Positions 44,954 through 55,710 of a stretch of 64,000 nucleotides of DNA are shown here, piece after piece; the stretch's first letter is position 1; each line of letters opens with the position of its first letter. The position numbers and the translations under genes were made by a program. The stretch comes from Nitrososphaerales archaeon (lineage in GTDB: Archaea; Thermoproteota; Nitrososphaeria; Nitrososphaerales; UBA213): positions 128,001 to 192,000 of the forward strand of contig CBDAOC010000017.1 in NCBI GenBank assembly GCA_965197925.1. The letters run 5' to 3'. The notes beneath the pieces were generated by a model that saw only the letters and a list, made by a program, of their open reading frames with translations, made no database searches and was not told the DNA's origin.

Positions 44954-47900
44954 TGACATTTGATGATGTCCTAGGGAAGATTAAAGGCGAGGCGACAGAC
45001 AGCAGGGATCTTGGCACCAGGTTTGAAAGCATGATGCTGGATTTTTTCAGGACGGACAAGCACTACAAGAACAGGTTCGGCGACAGGGTCTGGCCTTGGA
45101 AAAAATGGGCATATGACAACAAGGTGTACAGGCCTGACGAGGGAATTGACATAGTGGCCGAAGAGGCAAACGGGGATCTGTGCGGAATACAGTGCAAGTG
45201 CTATGCGGATGACCACAGCATAGACCTCAAGGCACTCGGCACGTTCATGACTGCCTGCACCACATACAAAATGAGAAACGTGATCCTGGTCTATACCGGG
45301 GATCATGTCACGGAAAAAGCCGAGCATCATCTCAAAAAGCACAACGGCGCCATCATAACACAGGAGACACTGCGTTCTTCAAGTGTTGACTGGGGCGATT
45401 TTCCAAGGCTCAAGGTGAGGCGGCCGTACGAGCTTTACCCGTTTCAAAAGGCTGCGTTTGACGACTCGATTAAAAATTTCAAAACGAGTAACCGCGGACA
45501 GCTCATCATGGCATGCGGCACCGGCAAGACGCTGGTCTCGCTCAGGATAATGGAAAAAGTGGTACCGCATAACGGCATCGTGCTGTACCTGGTGCCGTCA
45601 ATAACCCTGATACAGCAGAGCATGAGGAGCTGGTCCGAAAACAGGAAGACCGGACAGTACTATGTCGGGGTATGCTCGGACAAGTCGGTATCCGGCGAGG
45701 AGGGAAGCATAGCGGAGCTGGAATCCCCGGTATCGACCAGGCCTGAAGACCTGAAGCGGTATCTGAAGGAGAGGCCAGGCGACCGCACGACCGTCATATT
45801 CTGCACGTACAACTCGATACAGGTGGTGGCTGACTCTCTCGGCGGGCGGAAGATAGATCTGGCACTATGCGACGAGGCGCATCGAACCATCGGCGGTGCT
45901 GGCGATTCATACTTTACCACGGTCCACGAGGATTCGCGTATTCCAATAGAAAAGAGGCTCTACATGACGGCCACACAGAAGATCTTCACGCCCAAGATAA
46001 GAATGGCCGCCGATGCCCAGGAGAAGGTCATCTACGCCATGGATGACGAAGAGGTGTACGGCCCGATCTTCCATGAGCTGGCGTTTGGCGATGCGGTCCA
46101 CAAGCACGGGGCACTCTCGGACTACCGCGTCATAATAGCGTCCATCAGTCAGGCCGACATGAATCCCGACCTGCAGCAAAGCATGGCCGACGATGACGGG
46201 CTGCTTTCACTCGGCACCAAGAACAAGATGGTGGCCACATGGCATGCCCTGAGATATCCTGAAGGCGAGGACGCGGGCGAGATGCTGCTTCAGCATGCAA
46301 TAGTATTCTCCAACACCATAAGGGCGTCAAAAGATTTTACCGGGGAGCATGACGGCGGGCCTGACGGCGGGCCTGACGAGGATCCGGCTGATTCAGGCAA
46401 GACCCCGGAGTACGGTTTCAGGGGGTGGTAAGCAAGGTAAACCAGTCCGAGTCGACAAGCAAGAACGTCTCCGTGCTACACGTGGACGGCGGTACACGCG
46501 CGCTGAAGAGAAAGAGGCATCTCAGGTGGCTTGCGGAAAGCATTGACGACCGGGACGTCTGCCGCATCCTGTCAAATGCCAGGTGCCTGTCCGAGGGAAT
46601 CGACGTTCCGGCGCTTGACTGCGTGGTATTCATGGAGCCAAGAAGATCCGTCGTGGATGTAGTGCAGGCCGTGGGCAGGATCATGCGAAAATCAAGGGGC
46701 AAAAAATACGGATACGTCATACTGCCGGTGGCCGTCCCCGCGGGCGTGGACATCAATGACACGCTTGATGACAACAGGACGTGGGGCACGGTCTGGGAAG
46801 TCCTGAATGCATTGCGTTCACATGACCCTGACCTGAATCTGGACATCAACAAGCTCGTGCTTGACAAGAAAATCTCGAATGGCAGGGTAGGCGAAAAAAT
46901 AAGGCTGATGTCGGTAACGGATAGCGGCCAGGCACCCGACAAAAAATACCTTGACAAATTTTACGCCAAGCTGGCCTCCAGGCTTGTTGAGAAGGTGGGC
47001 GATGCCAACTATTATGACAAGTACGGGGAGAAACTTGGAGAGGCTTCGAGAGCAATAGAGGAAAGAATCACCGCCAAAATAAGGTCATCCGACGCCGTTC
47101 TAGACGAGGTCCGGAACCTGCACGCCAGCCTCAAGACCGTGATAAACGACGCCGTGACCCAGGACGATGCGGTACGCGTAATGGCACAGCACCTTGTACT
47201 CTCGCGCGTCTTTGATGCCATGTTCCAGGGGGAGTTCCAGTCACACAACCCGATATCCGTCGCGCTTGACGGCGTGGCCAAAAAGGTCGGGCTTGACGGG
47301 AGCTCGAGGGTCTTGAGGACTTTTACAGTGAGGCACAGAGCGAGTTGAGGGAGGTTACCACGCGTGAGGCAAGACAGAACTTTATCAAGAAGATTTACGA
47401 GAATTTTTTCAAGAGCGTGTCCAAAAATGAGACCGAGCAGCACGGCGTGGTGTACACGCCTGTCGAGATCGTGGACTTTATCATAAAAAGCATAGAACAT
47501 GTCCTGCGTGAAGAGTTTGGCCGCGGACTTGACAGCAAGGACGTAAAAATCCTTGACCCGTTTGCGGGCACCGGGACGTTCATTTCCAGGCTGCTGGAGT
47601 CCGGGCTAGTCAGGGAAAACATGTATGGGAAGTATCGAGAGGACATGCATGCAAACGAGCTGATCCTTCTTGCGTACTATATTGCCACGGTCAACATAGA
47701 GACCACGTACTCAAGCCTCAACAACATGAAGTACGTGCCGTTTGAAGGAATTGCATACACCGATACACTGCAACAGGATCCCAGATACCTGGAAGACCCA
47801 AGCCACAGGCAGAAGACCGTGACGCTGGACAATGCATTTATCGGTGCCTATAAGCGGGTGACGCGGCAGAACCAGTCATGCATCGATGTGATAATGGGAA

Positions 47901-49599
47901 ATCCGCCATACTCGGCAGAGGACAGCAAAACGCCAATGATGACAATCCCAACGTGAAGTATTTTGAACTTGATGAGAGAATTAAAAATACTTACGCTGTG
48001 AAAACAAAGGCCAGCGCTAAAAAATCTCTATACGATTCATATATCCGCTCGCTCCGGTGGGCATCCGACCGCATCGGCGAGCACGGGGTAATAGGGTTTG
48101 TCACCAACGGCAGTTTTATCAGGTCGGATGCAACAGCCGGCATCAGGTACCATCTGCATGAGGAGTTTACGGACGTGTGGTGCTTTGACCTTAGGGGTAA
48201 TGCGAGAACAAATGGAGAAGATCGCAGACATGAAGGTGGAGGGATTTTCGGTTCCGGTTCACGCGCCCCGATCACAATCATTGTCCTGGTCAGGAATCCA
48301 GCCAGAACAACACATCACATACACTACAAGGACATTGGCAACTATCACAACCGCGAAAAGAAACTGGATATCATAAGGAATACAGGCTCCATTAACGGCA
48401 TTGAAGACTGGCAGGCAATCACGCCGGACAAACATCATAACTGGCTGGACCAGCCCGGTGAGGCAGGCAGTCAGTTTGAGAAATATATCCCAATCGGCGA
48501 TAGCGATACAAAAAGGAACAAAGCCGAGACCGGAATATTCAGGATGTATTCACGTGGTCTAGTATCAGATAGGGATGCCTGGGTCTACAACTCATCCATT
48601 ACGGAACTCGAAAAAAATGTCAGGCATCATATAGGCTATTGTAACACACAGCATCCTGATAATTTTATAATCGATCCCAGACAAGCAAAGATTTCTCGTT
48701 CATTAATTGAACTACTAAAAAGAGGACGGAAAACCCGTTTTGACAGGCGGCATATACGTACGGCATTATACAGGCCGTTATTCAAACAACAACTGTACTA
48801 TGATGATGTCCACATTGAGATGCGATATAGAACGTATTTGTTCTTCCCCAATGGCGGCTCTGAGAACCTGGTGATTGTAGTGCCATACAAATTCATTGGC
48901 AGATCCTCCACATTCATAACGGATGTGACGCCGGATCTACATATTATTCATACAAACCAGTGTTTCCCACTTTACACATACGACAAAGACGGCCGCAGGC
49001 ATGACAACATAACAGACCATACGGTACGGATATTCCGCAAATACTACAGGGATGATTCCATAGGCCGCAAGGACATATTCTACTATGTGTATGGACTGTT
49101 GCACCATCCCGGCTATATCACAAAGTATCAGAACAGCCTGGCACGCATGCTTCCACGCATTCCAATGGCCCCAGATTTTCAGACATTCTCCAAGGCCGGA
49201 AAGGAGCTGGCAGGCCTGCATCTCAACTATGAGAGCTGTCCACGATACGGTCTTGGCGAACCCAAAAATCATGTAAAGAACTTTGCAAGGATGTCATTTG
49301 GCAAAGACAGGACAACGATGCGCATAAACGGTCTTGACATGTTTGACAATATTCCAAAGGTCACGTATCGTGTAAACAGAAGAACGCCATTGGAGTGGGT
49401 AGTTGATAGATACAGATTCACGACAGACGGGGACAGTGGTATTACAAATAATCCGTGTGAGGGGGCTGATCCAATAGCACTCATAGAGAGGGCGGTCTAT
49501 GTGGGCGTGGAATCAGACAAAATCATAAACGAACTGTCAGGGAAGGAGTTCGAGTCAGATGACTGGGAACCCCTAAAAACCGGCCTTGACGCATACTAG
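44950..49599 (+). pseudogene. Type ISP (LlaGI/LlaBIII-like) restriction-modification enzyme in four frameshifted pieces
   Basis: Mrr-like GIDIV...IQCK; helicase MACGTGKT, DEAH, MTAT, NARCLSEGIDVP; MTase DPFAGTGTF and GNPPY; TRD region RDAWVYN...LPRIP; frame breaks near 46425, 47310-47345 and 47915. Confidence 0.92.
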
Positions 49600-50167
49600 A
49601 TACCATGCCATTGCACCTTGGGATCTCACTGATTTTTCAGGACCGCTGCATTAGATGGTTGTGGCGTTATGCTAGGATGTCCCTTGGCCCCTGTGGTTCC
49701 ACAATCTCCTCATCAGCTGACGTACCTACAATGGTTACTGGCAAGCTTCCACATAGAATTCCCCGTCCTTTGATAGGCACCGGAGCCATAACAGTACCCA
49801 TAACCGCAAGAGGTTAATACAGCAAAGGCTAGTTTATCGTTCACTGTATCTTTCACTAAAAACTGGGTAACAACCGGGTATGGAGAATACAGTCATCCGT
49901 TCTATCGCGTATGTTACATTTGATATGGTATCCACATGACGGATTGGGATGCTACCTGTCATAAGACGAGGAATGCCAGGAAGTTCATTAGGGAGCCCCA
50001 GTGCTGAAGGTGAAATTCCTGCCAAAGAAGGTGCCACACCTAAACCCTGTAGAAAAGTTGGTTAATGCACTGATGAAATCAGTTGCATGCCCCAATAGGA
50101 GTCATCGTGGCATAGAAGAGGTAATAACAAATACTTATAGATTCTTCAGAGAATACAGAAAGAATTC

Positions 50168-50365
50168 CTACACCTGACTTAGTTCATCAAGAAGTTGTTT
50201 TCTTTTCTGTTCGGCTATATCTGGGAACTTACCCATACCGTCAAAAAGAATAGCTTTAGAGAGTTCGAATTCTTCACTACAGTGTGAGCACTCGGCAACA
50301 AGATTAGAATTCTTCAATTCGTTTATTATTTCAATATTCCCCAAAGCTCTGAATCCATTAATCAT
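50168..50365 (-). pseudogene. N-terminal stub of a probable Holliday-junction-resolvase-like nuclease
   Basis: LKNSNLVAECSHCSEEFELSKAILFDG..KFP then start of a coiled coil; nuclease part absent; family call from recall. Confidence 0.5.
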
Positions 50366-50535
50366 ACGTTCACTTAATAATATATATGCCCATTTGATGT
50401 GGTAAGATACAGTCCTTAACTCATAAAGATCTAATGTCAATAATAGCAAGTTATTTTTGATGAAAGAAAATAACTTAGGGAGAAACAAAAAGTACAACCA
50501 ACCTTAAATCATCTTAATACTAATTGTAACGGATA

Positions 50536-51639
50536 ATGGTACTTCGGGATAGTGATATCGATAAGTAGGAGTATAAAGAGCATACAAAGGTAAAGCATGA
50601 AATCCTCACGAAATATTTGGATGGTTGGACAAAGATCTTGAGTAGTACCAATGAAAGACTTCTCTATTTCGACTGTTTCGCGGGAAGAGGGGAATACAAG
50701 GAAGGACATCTCGGTTCTCCTATACTTATTATGATGGAAGCACAAAAATACGCTAGTAAAGGATGGGAATTTATCTGCATTGCTGTAGAAAAGGACAAGA
50801 CTAATTTTGACAATCTGAAGAAAGTATACGATAGAGAGAAGCACAGATTTCCAGATGTAAAGTTCAAACCCGTACATGGGACATTCGAGAAGTGTGTAGA
50901 CGAGATATCCGATTATCTTGAGAAAGAAAGATCAAATATAGCTCCTTCATTCTTTTTCATCGATCCGTTTGGTTTCGGCGGTGCGCCATTCAAGCTTGTC
51001 AAAAAGATATTGTCGTATCAGCATACGGAGATTCTAGTTACTTTTATGTCACGTGATATAAGCAGATTCTTCGAAAGTGCTCCACATGTCAAAGCAATCG
51101 AGGAACTGTTTGGAGCTAAGGTAGACCTAAAGGATTTTCCTGTAGATATCACTAGCAGGCAGGATGCACTAGTAGAATTATACAGGAAGCAGCTCGCACA
51201 TGATGCAAAAGCAAAATTCACATGTGCCTACAAATTGAGCCAGACAGATGCAAGGAAGTCGATCTACCATCTGATACATGCTACAAACCACTTCAAAGGA
51301 TTGAAACTGATGAAAGATATCACATATAGCCAAGGTGCTGCTGGCATGTTCACGTACTTCGGACCTGATGAAAGGAAGTTCGGCAAGGATCAGATGCGTC
51401 TTGATGAGTTCAAGACGCCGGAATTCCAGCAATTCCTGCTTAAGCGGTTTGCAGGTAAGACTATAAGTTTCTGGGATATCATGGAAGAAACATACACCGA
51501 GACTCCATACATAGAAAAACATTACAGAAATGCATTAAAAGATTTAAGGGACAGGAATATTGTTGGGTTTAAACCTATCAAACCAAGACCAAGGGGAGGG
51601 CTGGATTATTCGGACAAACTCGTTTTTCAAGCTAGATAA
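50536..51639 (+). CDS. tcmP: Three-Cys-motif partner protein (TcmP-like methyltransferase fold + wHTH); nonsense codon at codon 11
   Basis: HTKVKHEIL..YL..W, YFDCFAGRG, GSP, FFFIDPFG, YHLIHATNHFKGLKLMKD; ATG 50536 is in frame, with TAG at 50566-50568 where Trp is expected. Confidence 0.85.
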
Positions 51640-52745
51640 GCTTTTGGTCCGTAACAGTTGCATGTTAGGGGCGTATAAGGTCGTCCAAGTTCCTTCCACA
51701 TATCAACGGTTTCCTTGCACATAGAAACTTTTGTCAAATTATAGCCAAGCGAGTTTAATTTGTCATAGAAGAATTGATAGATTTCCTTGCGTTGATTAAA
51801 CGATAACTTCTTTCCCCAACCAGAATCTTCCTTGAAATATCTTGTCCATGACATGTCTATCCCTGCCTTATTCGCGTATTTTATCGTCTTCCACAATCCT
51901 CTTGGAGTTCCTAGTATGATTCTTTTTGGCTCGAATTCTGAGAGCAGTTTGTAGAGGAGTTCCTGATAATGCGATTGCCAGCTTTCTACGGGGAATATCG
52001 GATCGACTCTGATCCTTGTATCGTAGCCTGCGTCACTTACCATCTTTGCTGTCATAATCCTTTCTGATAGTGGTGGTGCTGCCTTCTCCCACAGTCTTGC
52101 GACTTCAGCATTTATGCTCCACGCACAAATGACTTGCTTTCTCGGTTTCTTGATAAGGAATTCCACATTACGTGGACCAAACTTGCTCAGAGTTGCAAGT
52201 TTGTGTTTTTTCTGAGTTTCAAATTTATCTGCTATCTTCTCCATCAACGATGGTAACATCAATGAATCGGAAAGCTCGCCGCTGTTGAAAATCGATGGTT
52301 CTTTGATATTCTCAAAGGCTTCATCCAATGCTGGCATGATATACTTCGGATCTATGGGACTAGGTTTCATTCTCCCTCTCATCGTACCACGTAGATAGCA
52401 GTAGTTGCAGTCAAGGGGACAGCCGAATGCCCATCTAAGCTCCCAGAATCTTCCACATGCTATGTCTTCTGGAGTCTTGTGGAACAAAGATACGATGTTT
52501 TTTCCAAAAGAAGTAACCTCTTCCATTTTCTTCGGTGAAATTATCTCTGGATGCTGTAACGATGTTACTGTTTCTGGTTTTACGAATTCTAGAATAGTTT
52601 TTGACCTTTTGCTTGCACTGAATCGCTTATTCTGCCTAATTGTCCTCCATGCCTTGTACGCTGCCTTGCGTTGGCGAGTGCTTGCACTGATTTTATTATT
52701 CTCTTGCTCTACTGAATCTACCAATATAGTAAAACAAACCAACAA
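51627..52745 (-). CDS. Spore-photoproduct-lyase-like radical SAM protein
   Basis: GCPLDCNYCYL (CxxxCxxC), FNSGELSDSL, LSK, SIN...WEKAAPPLSER, RVDPI, GTPR, CKE...CNC. Confidence 0.88.
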   Translation of the reverse strand: MLVCFTILVDSVEQENNKISASTRQRKAAYKAWRTIRQNKRFSASKRSKTILEFVKPETVTSLQHPEIISPKKMEEVTSFGKNIVSLFHKTPEDIACGRFWELRWAFGCPLDCNYCYLRGTMRGRMKPSPIDPKYIMPALDEAFENIKEPSIFNSGELSDSLMLPSLMEKIADKFETQKKHKLATLSKFGPRNVEFLIKKPRKQVICAWSINAEVARLWEKAAPPLSERIMTAKMVSDAGYDTRIRVDPIFPVESWQSHYQELLYKLLSEFEPKRIILGTPRGLWKTIKYANKAGIDMSWTRYFKEDSGWGKKLSFNQRKEIYQFFYDKLNSLGYNLTKVSMCKETVDMWKELGRPYTPLTCNCYGPKAYLA

Positions 52746-52763
52746 ACCTTAGTTTAAACTTGT

Positions 52764-53059
52764 TTAACTTTCCTGCAGTCGACAATTGCACAGAAATTTC
52801 CTTGCACCGCATTCTGTTACTAATCGTGCCCACGTTTCTCCCGATTCCTTACAGACACCCATCCGTTTGAATTTCAGGCTCTTGAAGGCAAACTTGTACA
52901 TTTCCCATCGTAGATTGCTTTCCAAGTGGTATCTCCTGTCACTTTCTCTACATGGAAGAAGATCTTTCAGATCCTTTGATAACATACCGCGCAGAGTAGG
53001 GAATGCGCGGTGTTCCAACAACACCATACAATTTCATTTTATTTAATTTCTTGAACAGG
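52764..53059 (-). pseudogene. C-terminal remnant of a second SPL-like radical SAM paralog
   Basis: ...KLYGVVGTPR/AFPTLR...RWEMYKF...MGVCKESGETW...LCNC parallels the neighbour's GTPR...RKEIYQF...SMCKETVDMW...CNC; truncated at the IS fragment. Confidence 0.75.
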
Positions 53060-53207
53060 TACCCCTTTTCCTATTAGGTTTTGTCCGAGGAATCACGTCA
53101 ATCAAAAATAATATACGAAGAAGTATCGAGTCTGAGCTAAACATATTACCAATGAAAATTGAAACCTGATCTTATCGTTTCGACCGGCTTAATTATGCCC
53201 AAGCCTC
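53060..53207 (-). mobile_element. IS family B, left-end fragment (148 bp)
   Basis: Matches the ends of copies 1-3, including TIR AATTATGCCCAAGCCTC. Confidence 0.9.
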
Positions 53208-53646
53208 ATCTAGTTGGAAGGCTATAAGATTCGTTCCACTAACAATTGGGTTACTAATGTTATATACATTTTTTATACACGATTACCTCGATGCAATACC
53301 AATTCTGAATTGGGGTTGGTTGGGTTATAACATAGCTCTGGGTCCATTAGGTGATCAGGGAATATATGGGATTTTGCCCTTTGTTCCAGTATTGATCTAT
53401 ATGTTATCACTCCTTAATTATTATGAAGAGATGTACTTCAGGAAGAGCAAAAAACTTGTTGTGTTATGGTCCTTTTTGCACATAACAATGGGTGTACAAC
53501 ACGTAATACTAGTACTATTACCCATAGGTTTCATCTATAAATATATCCATGATAAACATGGGTTAAAAAACTCCTATTCAGCTCATTTTTCCACAAATAT
53601 ATTCTTAGTATTCTCCATGGTGATTTCGTATATTTTATCTATCTGA
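53208..53646 (+). pseudogene. 5'-truncated CPBP/Abi-like intramembrane protease
   Basis: EEMYFR, WSFLH and AHFSTN motifs; the frame runs back towards the IS end. Confidence 0.6.
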
Positions 53647-53906
53647 CTATTTTTTAGCTTTTGTATAAACCAATGAGAATGCGCATCCAAGTCCAAGATT
53701 AATTACAGATAATAAGAGTATGATCAAATTACCTCCAAACATGTAGCTTATGCCTACACCCCATCCACCCACAACAAAGAACATTATCGCGATCCGTTTT
53801 GCCTTAGCTTTAGTTGTTTTCATTTAGGAACAATTGTTGTGATACTATAAAACCGTTTATACTTTCTAATAAAGATTCAAATTGGAACCAATGCCGCTAC
53901 AGTCTA

Positions 53907-54203
53907 ATGCAAGTAGTAGCTATCGGAAGCAGAGTTTTTATCACAAGCTTTCAATTAGCAGGTGTATTTGGTATAATGGTGGATTCTTCATCAGTTGCAC
54001 TTGCGGAGTTAAAAAAACTTTGTAAAAATCATTCAGTAGGTTTGATTTTGTTAAGTGATGATATTGGAAAAGATATTCGTAAGGAACTAACCGACATTAG
54101 AGCAAAGACTCCTGTGCCTTTAATCTTCGAAGTACCTGCTCCCGGTAGCAAGAAAGAGAAGCTTGACTACAGGGCTTTACTAAAGCAGATCCTTGGTGTC
54201 TGA
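53907..54203 (+). CDS. atpF: A/V-type ATP synthase subunit F
   Basis: VAIGSRVFITSFQLAGV...VGLILL...PLIFEVP...LKQILGV. Confidence 0.88.
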   Translation: MQVVAIGSRVFITSFQLAGVFGIMVDSSSVALAELKKLCKNHSVGLILLSDDIGKDIRKELTDIRAKTPVPLIFEVPAPGSKKEKLDYRALLKQILGV

Positions 54204-54284
54204 TTAAGAGTTTAAAAATTTTTCATAGTATTGTTAAACTGCAATTGAACCCATTTGAGAATATAATGTTTCTATGAGAATCCG

Positions 54285-54430
54285 CTATGTCGAATAATTA
54301 CTCATCATATTCTTCCATTTGACTGCCTTCACATGTTCTCCAAAGATAGGCATATATCTCAATGATAATAACTGATCAAAATCACATTCTATCTAATATT
54401 CACAAACTTCTGGTTAATTATTCGACCCAG
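54285..54430. mobile_element. MITE-like element (short copy)
   Basis: Perfect 12-bp TIR GTCGAATAATTA (54289-54300) / TAATTATTCGAC (54415-54426); about 120 bp shared with 62001-62121. Confidence 0.75.
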
Positions 54431-54637
54431 TATGAAAATCAAAATACATCAACCATCGATTCGTGAAATTAATCAAACATTAGTAGCCTTGATAAAAGTA
54501 ATTAAGGGCAGTTCACTCGATTTGCGGTCTTATATTGGACAAATTCGTAAATAGAAATAATCGTATAATTGTTGAAATATATTCATACAAAATTTGTTTT
54601 CATATATTATTTATAACGGAAGGAAAAAAGTTCTACG

Positions 54638-55663
54638 ATGAAGGTCGTAATTGTAAAAGAGGAGAACAAAGTTGCGGTTAATGATATTCCTATACCGAGT
54701 ATCTCTGAAGGGGATGTCCTAGTCAAGATGAAGGCTTGCGGTTTGTGTGGGTCTGATCTCGAAAAGGTATATGGACATTATGGAATGGTGTCAAAAAGAC
54801 TCGGACATGAACCTGCTGGAGAGATAGAAAGTGTTGGTAAAAACGTAAAAAATTTCAAAGTTGGAGATAGAGTTTTCGTACATCATCACGTTCCATGTTA
54901 TTCCTGTCACTATTGCATGCATGGAGATCATACATTATGTCCATACTACCAAAAAAGCAACATTGATCCTTGTGGGCTAGCCGAGTCCTTTCTTGTTCCA
55001 GAGTGGAATGTTAAAAGGGGAGGAATAATAAAACTGCCGAGCAAGGTTTCGTTTGAAGAAGCTGCAATGATTGAACCATTGGCAAGCTGTATCCGTGCAA
55101 TTAACAAAGCCAATGTTGCTGCTAATGATGATGTGGTTATAATTGGTGTGGGGCCAGTAGGGATAATGCATATTATGCTCGCGAAATTGTTTGGAGCTAA
55201 TAGAGTTTTTGCTTTGGATATTAACGACTTTAGATTAGACTTTGCTAGAAAGATAGGTATTGGGTTGACCTTTAACATGAATGAAAAGTATTACTCTAGA
55301 ATACGAGATGTGACGAACGGAAGAGGTGCGGACTTGGTTATTGTTGCCACTGGAAACAAAGAAGCATTCCTAAACTCATTGGAACTTACCAGAAGTGGAG
55401 GTAAAATTATCCTGTTTGGAGTACCTCCTAAGGGCTCAAATGTGGAGTTAGACATCAATCGTATATTTTCGAAAGAGATAAAAATTATACCAAGTTATGC
55501 AGCCACCGAAAAGGAAACCAGATATGCATTACGGTTGATAAAAAATGGGAGTGTTGACATCAAATCTATAATAACACATCGATTTAGTTTAGATAGAGCG
55601 AGCGAAGCGTTCAGATGTGCGTTTGAGGGCAAAAATACAATGAAGGTAGTTGTAACTGCGTAG
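54638..55663 (+). CDS. Zinc-dependent (MDR) dehydrogenase, sorbitol/threonine-DH-like
   Basis: CGSD, GHE, structural Zn CxxCxxC...C, GVGPVG. Confidence 0.92.
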   Translation: MKVVIVKEENKVAVNDIPIPSISEGDVLVKMKACGLCGSDLEKVYGHYGMVSKRLGHEPAGEIESVGKNVKNFKVGDRVFVHHHVPCYSCHYCMHGDHTLCPYYQKSNIDPCGLAESFLVPEWNVKRGGIIKLPSKVSFEEAAMIEPLASCIRAINKANVAANDDVVIIGVGPVGIMHIMLAKLFGANRVFALDINDFRLDFARKIGIGLTFNMNEKYYSRIRDVTNGRGADLVIVATGNKEAFLNSLELTRSGGKIILFGVPPKGSNVELDINRIFSKEIKIIPSYAATEKETRYALRLIKNGSVDIKSIITHRFSLDRASEAFRCAFEGKNTMKVVVTA

Positions 55664-55710
55664 AAAAATTTAACTATATCATTTCTCTCCTAAAAGTTAA
55701 AGTAATCAAT

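Noticed and set aside
49605..50100. Short ORFs between the Type ISP gene and the resolvase-like stub
   Set aside because: Appear to be fragments of a decayed minus-strand gene that I cannot assign
23599..50568. Stop-codon recoding (in-frame TAG at 23599, 39188, 50566; TAA at 30074, 42413)
   Set aside because: The expected residues differ (Trp, probably Gln or Glu), all three stop types occur as lesions (TGA at 6666), frameshifts accompany them, and core genes end normally in TAG; simple nonsense mutations fit better
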